DNA of 64,000 nt from Vicugna vicugna (Eukaryota). Below are positions 12,001 to 25,165 of the stretch, piece by piece (positions within the stretch are counted from its first letter, which is position 1; each line of letters opens with the position of its first letter). The stretch lies in NCBI GenBank assembly GCA_013265495.1, contig MU061814.1, positions 5,273,684 through 5,337,683 of the forward strand, in the 5' to 3' direction. The position numbers and the translations under genes were made by a program. The notes under the pieces were generated by a model that did not search any database, was not told where the DNA came from, and saw only the letters and a program-made list of their open reading frames with translations.

Positions 12001-15000
12001 AGCAAAGCACTCTCAGAGTTGAGAGCAGGCCCAGTCTTAACTGGTGTTATTCATTAGCTGTTTTACTCAGCTGGCTGGCACAGCCCCAGCTGCCTCCTGG
12101 GCTACAGGGATGCAGGCCTCTAGGCTAACGATCCTCAGGGCCGGGCAGGGTACATCCCAGCCCGGCATCCTCCTCGCTATGCTCTGGGAGCCACGTCCCA
12201 GGAACTCCACACCCCCAGAGCTCACCACCCCTCCCCAGGCCCTGCCCCGGGGAAACCAGCCAGCAGCTCTCGCTTTCTGAGACTTGGGAGCCCCAGACGG
12301 AGAGATGGGGTTGAGGGGTGGGGAAGCAGTGTTTGCAGCAGCTTTGAAGGTCAAAAGCCACCGTCTCTGCAGCCACTCTCAGGGGAGTCCTGGTGCCCCG
12401 GGGCCACAGGGAGACAGGGCTGTCGGGCTTCCTTCCCCTTTGTAGGGGACGTTTCGGGGGGACCCTCTTCTTGAAGGAGTGGACCTGGCTCTGCCGTGGG
12501 GGGTCCTTTGCCACCCTGTTCCAGCCCACGTGTCTCAGGTGGGGCTGGCCGGCCAGTCCAGGGCTGAGCACATGACCTTGGTGACGTCAGGACGCTCAGT
12601 CCTGGGAGGAGCGAGGCAGGGGCAGGCTCTGCCTTTCCCCGGGCGGCTTCCATGTTGGAACCGTGGGCCTGCGAGGACGAGCCAAGTGGGGCGGGGTGGA
12701 CCTCGTGTTTGTAGACGTGCAGTCAGACCTGAGAGTCGCTGATTCGAGGCCCCGCTGGCCGTGATAAAGGCGTAATGTTTAGATTAACAGGGTGCTGTGC
12801 AGAGAACAGCCTGTTGGCCAGGTGTGGGCATCAGGGACAGGCGTGGGAGAAGACACCTGCTGACAGGCTGGGGGTGAGGGAGAGACATGGAGGACCAAGG
12901 ACCTGGAGTGGAGGGCGCCCCTGTTCCCTGGAGCTGTGCCCTGGCTGGTGGCCCGCCCGGGGCAGGGGAGCCACAGGAACAGGTGGAGTGGAAAGAAGAG
13001 GGAAGAGGCCACACTGGGAACTGCCCAGGGGACTCCTGGGCACCGGGTGGAGGGCTCCGCCCCTTGCCGCCCTGGGCCGGGTGATACTGGGAGGCCCCGG
13101 CAGGGACCCGGGGGCTGGGCCAGCGTGGATGCCCCCGCTGGGCCTCTGAGGACAGGCCTGCGTAAACGAGGGCTCCCGCACGGGTCTGTGGACCAGAGCC
13201 AGCGCCCCCTCCCCACCGCAGTCAGGTGTCTGGGGAGACCCAGCGGGAGCCGCCAAGCTGCAGGATGAGGAGCCGTGAGGCCCGCCCGCCTGCCTTCCCA
13301 CCAGGAGAAGAGCTAGGCTGCGCTCAGCCGGCCGGTCACGCCGCCCGCTGGCCCTGGTAGCCGAGTGGGGGCTTGGCTGCTCCCACACCCTCCTCGGCTG
13401 GAGCCAGGGGGGCTGCCAGTGATGTCAGGTGGGGCCCTGAGAGTCGGAGGGGGGTTCAGAGTGTTGTATCCTGCAGACCCCCAGAACTGTGGGGGCCCCT
13501 CAAACCAGAGGCAGATCAGGGCTCCAGTCCGAGGCCCTCGGGGTGGTGGCAGGACCGTCTCTCTGGCTCCAAGCAGCATCTTCCTACCGCGCAAACATGC
13601 CTCCCTTCGACTTTCAGCAAATTCCTGGCTGAATCAAGGGTCACTGCTCTGGAGACTGGCTGGAGGGGGCTGGGCCCGGGAGGAAGCGGGGGTGGGGGGG
13701 TTATGTGTCGGGGACACGTGGTGGCTGCTTCCTGGTGGAAGGAGAGAAGCGGGCAGATGTGAAGGGTCTCCAGAAGCTGAGACAGTAGCATGAGCCCCAG
13801 CCACGCTCAGACGAGCCCCTTCCTGCCCTGGTCCGTCGTCACCGCAAAACCAGCGTCTGTCCTGGGTCTGCAGGCTCGCTGCGGGTGGGCTGACCCAGCC
13901 GGCTCCACGCTGCGGAACCACAAGCTCTACTCACTGTGTTTCGTACTCTTCTGGGAGCAGCAGGTACCAGGGCCGGTCCTTCCCCCAGGGATGCAGAAGC
14001 CGGAGCCCAGCTCAGCCGCCGATGCAGGGGCCAAGGCTTCGCTGTGTCAAGCTCACAGGGTCCCACTGGCCGGCGGAAGTTACGGGACAAGAGGAAAGCT
14101 CCCTCGGCAGCGGGGGGTCCCTCACAGGGGCGTGGGGCCCCAGGGCTGCCCCGGGAACAAGGGGGTCGCTCCCCAAGGGCCCCTGCCCAGGAGCGTACCC
14201 CGGTCTCTCCAGAGTCTCAGAGAGCTCTGCCACCAGGAGTGGCCAGCAACCTTGTTGCAGGTCAGGGGAGACGTTTCACGAGATGAGGGAGGCGTCGGCA
14301 CTGAGCCGTTTAGGGGGAAATGGTCATTAGGAGCAGAAAGCAGTTTCAGGCCCCTCCCAGGGGTTTGCCCGGTGCCAGCACAGACATGGGCCAGAGGATG
14401 GAAGACGGGCAGGTGAGGCCACGGCCCCAGCCCTCCCAGGTTGCTCTCGTGGAGAAGCCGGAAGGCTCAGCGGCCCCCAGCCAAGGGGCTCAGCTTTCTC
14501 CCCCAGGGTCATAAGAGGACCACGATTCTTAGTGGCAGAGCAAACGCCGGTCCCAGGGCGCCCTCCCTCCGTGTCCCCTGTCTGGCCAGGCGGCAGCATT
14601 ACAGTAATCGGCCACGATGATGCTAAACATAAAAAGATTGCTTTCCGGGAAAACTGCTGACATGCGGGACTCTGGCAAAGAGAGAGCTGAGGGGGTCGGG
14701 CCTCTGGGATCCACACGACACGTGATGGCTCGGACGGCGGTCAACTTTCAGCCCTGAAATGAAAACAGCCTTGATTTATGGAATTCCGCAAGTCAGGCTT
14801 CTCTACGTCGCCCGGCGTTAGAAGCAGCGACGTCCTGCCAGGCAGCCCCGGCGGGCGCAGGGCCCCCGCCGCGCCCCGGTGCCCTGGCACCTGACCTCCA
14901 AGTACGGCAGAAGCAGCGCAGGCGTCCAGTCGCCCTCAGGCCCTGGCTGTGTTCAGGGGCACGTTGCTTCTGCGCTCCTCACGGCTGTCACCTGCCCCCT

Positions 15001-15249
15001 CTCTGAGCCCTCGTGTGCGCACGTGCGCGCTGGGCGCAGCAGGGGCTCTGAAGCTGAACTTGACCGGGGGGGGGTGTGTGGTCACTGCGCAGTAGATGAC
15101 AGATGGCCTACTAGGGGAAAGGAGCTCTCTCCAACTCCACTGACCTGGGACAAACTTTGTATTCAGGGGGTCTGATGAAGATCTATGGGAAATACCAGCT
15201 TCTACCCATTTAAAACCATGTAATTAGATTCCGCCTGCAGTCTCTGGTC

Positions 15250-16260
15250 ACTAATGCAAGACTCAGCTAATTATTTAAATAAAGTATTTGAAGCCAAGTC
15301 CAGAAGCCTTACGTCACCACATACCCAGATCCACCAGACGGAGAAGATCGTGAGCGTACAGATGAATCCTTTTTTTTCTGGGAGGGTGAGGCCTTTCCAA
15401 ACACCACAAAGGAAAAGATTGACATGTTTGACTCCAGGAAAATTTAAAACGTCTGTGTGGTTAAAGATACCATAAACCAAAATTAAAAACAGATGGCAAA
15501 CCAGGAGTAAGGGTATCAACATATATTGCAGACAAATGGCTCTCTGAAAAAGCAGCACGCGTCTGAAGGACAAGCGCACCCCCAGAAAATGGGCAAAAGT
15601 CTTGAACAGGCACCTCCGAACTGCCCGTCAGCTCGGGACAAACGCTCCGCTCACCTGAATCAAAGGAACACAGAAGCACGGTGACCTTCAGTTTGTCTTC
15701 TGTCAAACTCACAAATGATGTTTTGAGTTATAAAGCCAGTTCTGGCCAAAGAACCGAGAAAAGACACCCTCGTGCCCTGCCAGTAGGAGGGTAAACCGGC
15801 ATGTCGTTTGCAGAGGGTGGAGAGACGGACCACAAATCCCAGCAAAATGCGTATAAATGTGCCCCAAGGAGATAAGTTTCTGCATGAAGACTTGCCTGCA
15901 AGAACAGTCGTTCCACGTGAGCCCCAGAGCTGGAGACAGCCTGCGTGGGTTAGAGGCGTTACGGCAGAACAGGGTGCAGCTGCGGAAACACCGTAGGAGA
16001 CTATTTATAGGCACCGAATGTGTCTGTTAGACACAGCCAAGTGGAGTAGAGGGCGTTGCACAGCGCCGTGGACGTCACGTGCGTGCTACTTTGTAAGGAA
16101 GGAGCCAGGACGTAAACAGATGGACAAGAGCACCTGGTCACAGGTCACCCCTGCAGATGCTCTCGGATGACCGAGGGACCTTGGAAGACTCTCTTGCTTC
16201 AGACTGGAAGAAATGACATCACAGGTGGGCCGTCTTCTAGCCGCCACGCTGACAAAGCAA
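15250..16260 (+). mobile_element. Degenerate L1M remnant (ORF2 3' part and 3' UTR)
   Basis: A-rich island with L1-like segments (ggaaaagattgacatgtttgac, aaatgggcaaaagtcttgaacagg). Confidence 0.7.
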
Positions 16261-17249
16261 TCTTCTGTCCCCGCTGATTTCCGCTGAATCGTAAAGCAGG
16301 GAGGGTCGCACGTGTAGGGGACCAGCAAACACAGACGAGGGGGACGGAAGCCGTTGTCTCCATCGGCCCTGGACCCCACCAGGCAACTACTGTAATAACA
16401 GAGGGGGAACGGCCGGGCGGCGGGGGCAGGTCTACTGCCATAATATGTTCCTTGCAGTTAAAACTGCTTTTTTAAAGGGCAGTGTGAGTGACGTGGCCCA
16501 GGCTGCGCCTACCGTGGGAACCGGTGCCCGCCGGCCTCGGAGTTCCAGCTGCCCTCTCACCAGCAGTGGGACCCTGGGCAAGCCACTTAACCTCAGGGTT
16601 TTAACCTGTGACACTGGGGAAACGATCGTGTCTGCCCCGTCGATGTGTTGGCACAGGGCTAGAATTCACTTTGGAAGTATCTGATAACTGTTTGTGGCTG
16701 CTGTCAACTTCGGTACGTTGCTACATGCATGCGAGCACGGCACAGCTCCGGCCCGCGGGAATTTTGCTTGGATAAGGCTTATGAAAATCCAGTTAAGGCA
16801 CATTTGTACCCTGGACCCGGCAGGTCTGCTGCCCCTCCCGCAGCCACGACAAGTGCAAGCAGGTCCCCCCAGACAGCCCCGCCACGTGCCCGGCAGAGCT
16901 GTTCGTACCAGCCCCCAACTGGAAGTGGCCCAGTGTCCACGGCCCCCTTGATGGGCAGCGTGTTGTGTGCCAGTTCTGCAGCCCACGCTCCGGCAATGTG
17001 GAGAAGCGCGCTCCCACTGCGTGCAGCGGCCAGGACGGAGCTTGTGGGCGCCGTGTGGCTTCTTAGAGCAACCTTGCCATTTATTTGCTTGTTTATTTTT
17101 AGCTGAAGCACAGTCAGTGACAATGTGTCTGTTACTGGTGCCCAGCACAGCGTCCCAGGCAAGCGTATACACACACATGACGTGGCTTCTTGGAGGAAGT
17201 CAGACACAGCGTGAGTCCTGAGTGATTCCACTTTAAGTTAAAAAAAAAA

Positions 17250-17680
17250 AAGACAAAATGGAGAGCAGGATGGCAGCTCTTCAAAACATCAAGCAGAGAA
17301 TTACCACGTGATCCACTTCTGGGGATTTGCCCCAAAAGAATGAAAGCCGGGTTGTGAAGAGACAGTTGCACACCCGGGTTCATAACAGCATTATTCACAG
17401 CTACCAAAAGGTGGAAACAACCCAGACGTTCACGGCTTGGGGAACGGGCAAACCAGATGTGGTCCATGCAGTGGACTGTCACCCAGCCTCAGAGAGGGAC
17501 AGGCTGCAGCGTGGACGAACCCTGAGGACACCACGCTCAGTGACATAGGCCAGTCCCAAAAGGACGAAGAGCGTATGCCTCCACTTACAGGAGGTCCCTA
17601 GAGGAGTCAGATCCTTGGACAGGAAGCAGACGGTGGGGATGGGGGCCGGCGGAGGGAGACTGGAAGCTTCACCAAAGCCT
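17250..17680 (+). mobile_element. L1M 3'-end remnant
   Basis: cagcattattcacagctaccaaaaggtggaaacaaccca and ccacttacaggaggtccctagaggagtcaga are typical L1MA/MB 3' UTR segments. Confidence 0.8.
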
Positions 17681-19904
17681 GAGGCTCCGGGGGCGCGGGC
17701 GGGCCAGGCGGCTCCCGCAGTGGGGCGACCTCAGTGGTGCAGACCCAACAGCAGGGAAGAGGGAGGCTCCCGCCCGCGCTGCGCCCCCTGGGCTGTCTCA
17801 CCGGGAAGAAACAGACAAGGGATTTCCCAGGTGACAGACAACGTGAGACCAGCCCGGGGACGTGATCGACACCACAGCAGCAGGTCCAAGTCGAGCCGCA
17901 GACCCAGGCAGGGGGATGGAGCCCGAGGCGAGGAGAGTGTGGCGAGGTCGTGGGACCCAGGGCGTCCTGAGGGTGCTGCCCTGCCAAGTACAACAAAGAG
18001 CAGGTTGTGGGGAGAAGCTCTGCACAGAGCGGGAGAGCCTCCCCAGGGAGCTGGCTGACTCGGGCCAAGACAGAAGGAAAGGGAGCAGGGAGCTGGGGGC
18101 CGGCGGTGGGACGCGGGGGCCGGCGGCCCTGATGAGACAGCCAGGCTTTGCTGCAAATGGCAGGGGGACGTGGAAGCTGTGCCTCCCTGGGCCCGAGCAA
18201 CCCATCCACCTGCTGTCCCCCCGACTCAGGGCACAGCTGGGGCGGGGGGCAGTTAATCTGAGACCTCTGCTCCTCCCTGGAGATGCCGGCTGCCGGGGGG
18301 CCCCTGAAGGATCCTGCCAGGCACCCAGGAAGTGCGCGCAGCAGACACACGCCCTCTCCTGGGGGTCTGCAGAAGCCAGGGCTCAGCCAGGGCGGCCGCC
18401 CTCTCCGCACCCAGGGCGGCACTGCCCACAGGGGCCGCGTAAATGACATGAAAGAAGAACACAGGTAGGAAACACAGCGACCCCACACCTGGCGGGTGCT
18501 GAGGGTGGCCTGGGCAGCATCCAGCTCTATGTGCGAGCCTGTCCAGGCCCACTGCCCGTGGGGTGCCAGGAGAAGCGGGTGTCCAGCAGGCCTGTTCTCA
18601 TCTAATTCCTGACCTTCTCTCTTCGTGGCCACGGGAAAGGCGGCCAGGCAAGGGTGACCTTGAGCGGACACAGCCCGGAGGACTGAGCATCCCAGGAATA
18701 AAGCCACAGCCACCTTGGCAGACCTAGGACAGGAGGACAGACGTCCCCAGTAGACCTGACCCTGGGGGGCTGTCCCTGGTCCCCTCATCACTGAGGCGCC
18801 CATGCTTCTTGCTTCCGTCTGGCTTGGCCGCCGGTCACAGGCCCCAGGCCCCTTGCTCCAGCCTGTGGGGTCAGGCAAGCTTGCACCCTACCCCCTGCCT
18901 GTTCACGGCCAAGGCTGCCAGACCACTGCCCGCTGGGTCCGTCTGGCCACTGACCCCGCAGCCACCCAGGGAGCCGGAGGGGTTGATGGGCCCCCTTCAA
19001 GGCCAGCCAAGAAGGTGACCCAGGGCACTTGCTGCAGCCCCAGCCCGGGCGCCCTCCCCAGCCCGGCCCGCCTAGGGTGCCTGGTGGCCCCACACGAGAC
19101 TGGAGAGTTTCCCAAAGCAAGAGTTACGACTTGTCAAACGTTTCCACTCCGGCTGCTGATGGCAGGTCCCTGCGCAACCAGGCGACCTGGCGTGACCTCT
19201 GCTTCCTGAGAGCAGGGTGTGGGCGCTGAGTAACTCTGGGATCGTGGTGCCCCAGGAAGTGGCCCTGATGTGAGTGTGCCAAGGCCACTGGTCACAGGCC
19301 TAAGCGACGAGTGGAGCCCAGCCCCTCCCTGGAAAGGCCCTCCACCCAGGGAAACGCGCACTCAAGGTCTGCTGGCCTTGCGGGGGGACCCCCGCCACAC
19401 AGACCGGCCTTCTTGCCCAAGCCGCCCGGAACCCGCCTCCCCTGACGTGCAGGGTGGGGTGTGGGACCTCCCCGTAGGCCCCAAGAGCCTTGGTGTGGTC
19501 CAGCCGTGCAGCTCATGGAAGAGGCTTCCGGCCAGGCCACCCTGCCCAGGAGCCCAAGGCAGGGCCCCCACTTCTGGATGGAGACCAGCATCTCCCTGGG
19601 CCCCAGCTGGTGAGCTGAGCCCCCCTCTGCCAAGGAGGGGTCAGTGAGGTGTCCACTCTCGGCCCAGTGTGCTGGGGCCCTGGTGGCAAAGGCCACCGGC
19701 TTCCCTGGGCTGTGTGGCCGCACCACATCCATCACGCACACACAGAGACATGCACACTCTCCCGCTCACCCGCCCTCTGGGGCAGAGATGCTCGCAGCAC
19801 CAGCCGCCCTTCCGAAGTTGCCGCTAGGTGGTGCATGGACACCTTCAGGTTTTGTTTTTTAAACTTGTGTGTGTCCGGAGGAGCACAGCCCGTTTTGTAA
19901 TTTT

Positions 19905-20085
19905 GCATGAAGCAAGTGAAATTAATTTAATCTTTTGATTTAACCCCAAATAGCCAAAAATGATCATTTTGACATATAACCCACGTGAGGAATTCTTAAT
20001 GAGATAATTTCGCTTTCCTTTTTCCTTCTGAGTTTTCAAAGTCCCATGTGTTTTATACTCACAGCACATCTAAATTCAGACCTTA
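19905..20085. mobile_element. MER33-like hAT-Charlie DNA transposon fragment
   Basis: gtgaaattaatttaat...tttaacccca...ttaatgagataattt...actcacagcacatctaaattcagac resembles the MER33 consensus as recalled. Confidence 0.65.
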
Positions 20086-23000
20086 AATTGTTGCTTATAC
20101 TTAAATTTCACAAAATTTATAGCCAGAAAATGATCCTCACGTACCTAAATTGTTTTAACTACATTTGAAAGTTTCCAGTAACTGCATCATGTATCGAGTT
20201 TATATTTTAAAATTTAACTTAGAGGCGGATTAAAGGGCTCTGTGGCTGCTGCAAGGGACTGGGTTTCAGAGGCCTGTCTCCAGCACCCCCACCCGCAGGC
20301 AGCCCACATGGATTAACAGCCATGCGATGATGGTGTCAGTGTTCTGAGGAACAAGCAAGGTGGGACAGACTCCCAGCCGACACAGCAGAAAAGCCACAGT
20401 GACCAGGAGCCAGTGTTGTGAGCCCTGGGGGCCAGCAACACCTTGCAGAAGGGCCAGCAGCCGAGACTCTCGGGTGAGGACAGCCAGGCGGAGGGTTTGA
20501 AGGCCCCGGGAGCAAGCACAAGGACGGAGGGCGGACAGGAAGGTGACCAGTGGAGGGAGGGTGCCTGAACAGCAGCTGAGCGGCTGGCAGGAGAGGGGCC
20601 CCAACAGTCCCACGGCCTAATCCCGAGATCTTCGAATACGTCACCTCACCCGGCAAAGGGGCGTCAACCATGGGATGGGAGATCCTCCTGGCGGTCTGGG
20701 CGGCCCACTAGCCTCCAGGGTCCCAAGAGGAGGGAGGTGGGAGGGTCAGAGCCAGAGGAGATGGCGTCAGGGTGACGGAGGAAAGGGCTGTGAGCTGGAA
20801 CCAGAGAGGAGAGCTCCGCCCCACGGACGCCGGATCCCAGGGAGCCCTGGGACTCTGGCCGCAGGACTGAGGGCTGCGTGCTGCCCTGGCCCCGGGCTCA
20901 GGGCTGTCATGGCAGCAGGAGACCCACACTGCCTCCCAGGAGAGGAGCAGGTGCCCCCAGCACTGGGGGGCCACCGGGAGCCAAGGAGGCGAGAAAGTGA
21001 CACCGTCTGATCCATGCTTTTTACATACGAGCGTGGGGTGGGGTGGTGGCCCCAGGGCCAGCCTGGTGGACGGCTCACACTGCTCTGGGCAACTTGGGGC
21101 AGTGCTTCTCCAACAGCCCCACTGGTTCCCCCCACCGCCCAGATGCACGGACAGGTCCACAGTGCAGCCTGCACGGCGGCCTCGTGGGCACTGGGTCGCG
21201 GAGGAGCCGGATGCCGTCACATGGGAGGACAGACATGCCCGACGCACCCTGTCCACAGGCTGACTCCTCGTGTCAGACTTGGCCCCGAGCTCCCTCACTC
21301 GGGAAGCCCCGTCGGGCTGGTCCGGTTAACCCTGGGTTCCCCCAGGCAAGCGTCCTGTGGTTCTGGACGGACTGAGCTGTGCCAGGCTTACTCCCAGGGG
21401 CTCCTCCTCTGGACATTTAGGGGCCTTCCCTGGGACTGGCTGTGTTAAACCGTGTGTGCTGGTGTGACACCCACGCAGGCGGGACAAACGCCCCAACCAG
21501 CGACGGAGGGGCTTAGCGGGGAGTCACGTCCCCTCCTCCGTCAGAGAGGAGAAAGAGGGGAGACAGCAATATTCAGGTCCGGGCACTCACGTGTCGGTGG
21601 GGGCTCGGCGGGCTCTGAGCTCGCCCCCCCCCCCGGGACCTGCAGCCTTACGCAGGCTGCTGGGCAATTATGTGTTCTGCTCTAATGATCTAACTGGCGG
21701 TGTTTAGCTGACTTCCAGGTGCTTTGGAAGGGAGTTTACCCAGGAAGGGGTGGGGAGGGATGGGGCCCCTGTGCACAAGCCAGTCCTTTCAGGCAGCCTC
21801 TGGAGTTTGCCGTGCTTTCTGGAAGCCGTCCGTGTAACTCTGAAGTCTTAGATTGGAGTCTGCACCTGTCACCAGGCTGTTTCTCCTCTGACACAACCTG
21901 GCTGCATCCGCGAGGACAGCCCGGGACACAGCCGTCCTGCTGCCAGACAATCGGGGAAGCCGTTCTAACAAAGGCTGCCAGGAGCCGCTGTTTCTTCTCT
22001 CAGGCTGAGACCAGTCGGGAAATTTCTCTGTCGATCTGCCCCAGGGCAGAAACTTCCCTCGCTTCCTGGCCTGGTAATTTTCCAGAGCTAGAAACTTTCC
22101 TCTCCAGGGGCAGGAAGGACATTCAGCCACCCACAACTCAACCAGAAACATTTCTGACCAACCACAAGTCATAACCGCCCGAGCGGGGCTGGGACGTGAC
22201 TCAGCAGCACAGAGGAAGCAGGAAGGGGGCGGGGCAGGCCGCCTCGGGGACAGGGGTGGGGGGGACACCGCTGCCTTGCCAGGAGCCACCGCAGCAGGGT
22301 TCCTCTAGAGCCGGGCCGGGGAGGGGCTGGGCGGTCTGGCCGTGCCCCACCTTTCAGACCACGGCGCCCCGGCCCACGTGAGCAGCGCTGATGGGTACGG
22401 AACGTTCTGGGGAAGGAGGCTCAAGCAGGCAGACTCAGGATCAGAGCCGAAGGTGGGAGAGGGGGCCACAGAGATAACTGGCTCCTGCCCCTTTGGTGGG
22501 GCATCAGGGGAAGGCAGGAGTGTCCTCGGAGGCAGGCTCCACTCACCCACTGTGCAGGTCGGCAGGGGCTGTGTGGCTGAGCACTGTTCAGCTCCCCCGC
22601 GATGAACCCTGAGCCAGACTGAAACAAAAAAGAAGCCACGTGTTAGGCTGAACCTCTGCCCAGAAGTCCATCTCCACCCGTAGGGCACGTGGCAGGATGT
22701 CACCTTCCCACATCAGGGGTGGAGGGCCCCCGGGAAAAGTGAGGTTTGAGTGGGAACCCGCAGGACTCAGCAGGTGCGAGGCTCACTGCTCCTGTCCCCC
22801 TGATGCCCTCAGCCCCTGCGCTGCACCCAGGGGGCCGGGGGGCAAGGCCCCAGGACCTTGGGCCGGCTTGTTACACATAGCAGGGCTCATGTGGACCGAC
22901 GCGGCCTCAGTCCCAGGAGTGCCGAGAATAGTGCCCTCTCTTCTAAGCAACTTCTGCAATTCTGTGTTTGGATGTTTTTGAAGGAAGTTCTTTATTGTTA

Positions 23001-24987
23001 TCTGGTAAGTCACTATCAAAAAAAAAGGGGAATGCCCATCCAGACCACACATCTACCAGTCTGACCAGAAGGGGCAGAGGACACCGGAACTTGGTGCAAG
23101 AAAGGCCAGGGCAAGCCCTCCAGGCCAGACCGGGGAGCGGGGCTGGCTGGCGACAGAATTAGCTAGCTTTTCAACAAGAAACTTACAAATATTTTGCGTT
23201 TTTCCAAACTCAATACATGTAATGCAGACCTCCGGGGGGGCTGTGCTGTCTCCAGCCTCCAGTCTCTGCAAGAAACACCAACAGGTGGGGACAACGCAGA
23301 CCATGTCCCCGTGTCCCAGCATCCCCGCGTCTCTGCCAGCCACGGAAAGTTCCAAGTCGGTCTGCATAGAACCCCATGGGGTCCCTGCAGGTCAGCAGAG
23401 CCCAGAACCACCTGTGTAGAGGTCCCCACCCTTGCTTCCTTCCTCAGAAATGAGGGCAAAAAATTTCAGTGCAAATCCCCATTTTATGAGCTTGGGTTGC
23501 CTTGAATACCATCGCCCAGCTTCCAGGTAACTGCCCGCGAGGCAGAGCAAAAGATGAGAAAGTGCTTTGGGGTGACCCTGCAGCCCACACAGCGAGCGCA
23601 GCCAGGTCACATCTGGGTGGCGAGAGAGCGTCGCCCCGTGGGCAGAGGCTGGGCCCTGACTGTCACCGCTCCACGTGCACAGTGAAGTTCCCGCTGTTTT
23701 CCATCAGTTTCCACGGTTTATAACTGAATGTTGCCCCGACCAAGACAGAACAAACCAGGACACAGGAGAGCCCTCAGGTCGGCGCCTTCCCTCCCCACCA
23801 GCCGAGGGAATCAGTTTCCATGTTGGGCCCGTCCTGCCGAGGGCGTGGCCAGCACCGGGAAGCCATGCCGGGGACGAGGACTGGAAGACCTGCCCGGCAA
23901 GGTGCGGCCGTGCGCAAGCCAGGCTTGAGATTCAGGGAAATCAGGAGACAGAAAGGTGGGTCTCCAGGAAATGCAAGCAGCCCGGCCCCCACGCAACCTC
24001 ACCTGCAGGAGGTGGGCGGAGCTTCGCGGGACAGGACCCTTGCCGGCCTGGGCCGGTTACCCCCCACCCCACGCCCCTGGGCTCTGCACAGTGAGCAGTG
24101 CGGGGCTGCTCAGAGCCAGGTCCAGGTGCTGGGCTCGGGGAGAGGAGCCCCGTGGAGGAAGGGGGACGGGGGTGGGGGGACGCAGCGAGCAGCAGGGGGC
24201 CTTCTCCCTGCAGCCTTGCCTTTCCTGGGTGCCCCTCCATCACCTGGCTCCCCTCTCTACTCCGGACAGCTCGGGGCCCACCGAGGCCTCAGGCCAGGGG
24301 TGGGGGTCTCCGGGTAGAAGGACACCTGAGGAGAGCTCAGCAGCCTTCACTTTGGCTGCTCGGACGCTGCTGGCAGCTGCCAGTGTCCCAGGGGACACAC
24401 TGACACACCCTTCCTCTCCACGTCCTAGCCACCATCTTCTGCCCTGGCCGCTCCTGCCAGCCTCCGCCTGGAGGGCCCCAGGTCCCGAATAAGTGCCACC
24501 TAACTTCCGCAGGTGACACCCCACTCTTGCCTCCAGACCTGACTGTCCCTGAAACCCAGAGCAGCATGTCCAGCTGCTGACCTCGGTCACCTTGGAGTGT
24601 CCAGCAAGCATCTCGGTCTGGCCAAACCCAGAAACTTTGGCCAGCTCAGAGCTGCTCTCCCATCCCGCTCACCGCACGGGTGACCTTTACCTGTTATGCT
24701 GCTCCAAGAGCGCGTCCTGGGTCCTACCTACAAAGCATCTCTTGAATCGGCTTCCTTCTCACCACCCCTCCTGCCCCTACCACCTCTTGCCTGACCTCCC
24801 TGTGTTCGTTCTGGTCCCCTGCACCCACACCAGTCTGACTCCATGGGGGACATCTCCTGAGAGCACACTTAGGATTATGTCACAAAGCAGTTCAAACATC
24901 TCCATGGCTCTCCATTATTCTCCACATGAAGTTCAAGATCTTTGCTGTGTGCTGGGAGGGGCGTTGGCATAAGGAAGACATCCGCCC

Positions 24988-25165
24988 GTCACTTTCGTCA
25001 CCACCATCATCATAATCCTCCACCACCTTCCTCGCCACCAGCACCACCACCACCACCAGCATCACTACCACCTTTCTCATCATCATCATCACATCACAAC
25101 CACCATCGCCACTGTCATGACCATCATCACCGCCACCTTCGTCACCATCGTTATCATCCTCACAG
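24988..25165. repeat. Degenerate (CAC/CAT)n trinucleotide microsatellite
   Basis: caccaccaccaccaccagcatcac...catcatcatcatcac; explains the poly-His/Pro and Asp/Met/Val ORFs in the track. Confidence 0.9.

Noticed and set aside
17607-18878. 423-aa minus-strand ORF, and similar long ORFs such as 40940-41944 and 33102-34073
   Set aside because: Pro/Gly/Arg/Ala-rich, no recognisable domain and no splice structure. Long stop-free frames are expected at this GC content.
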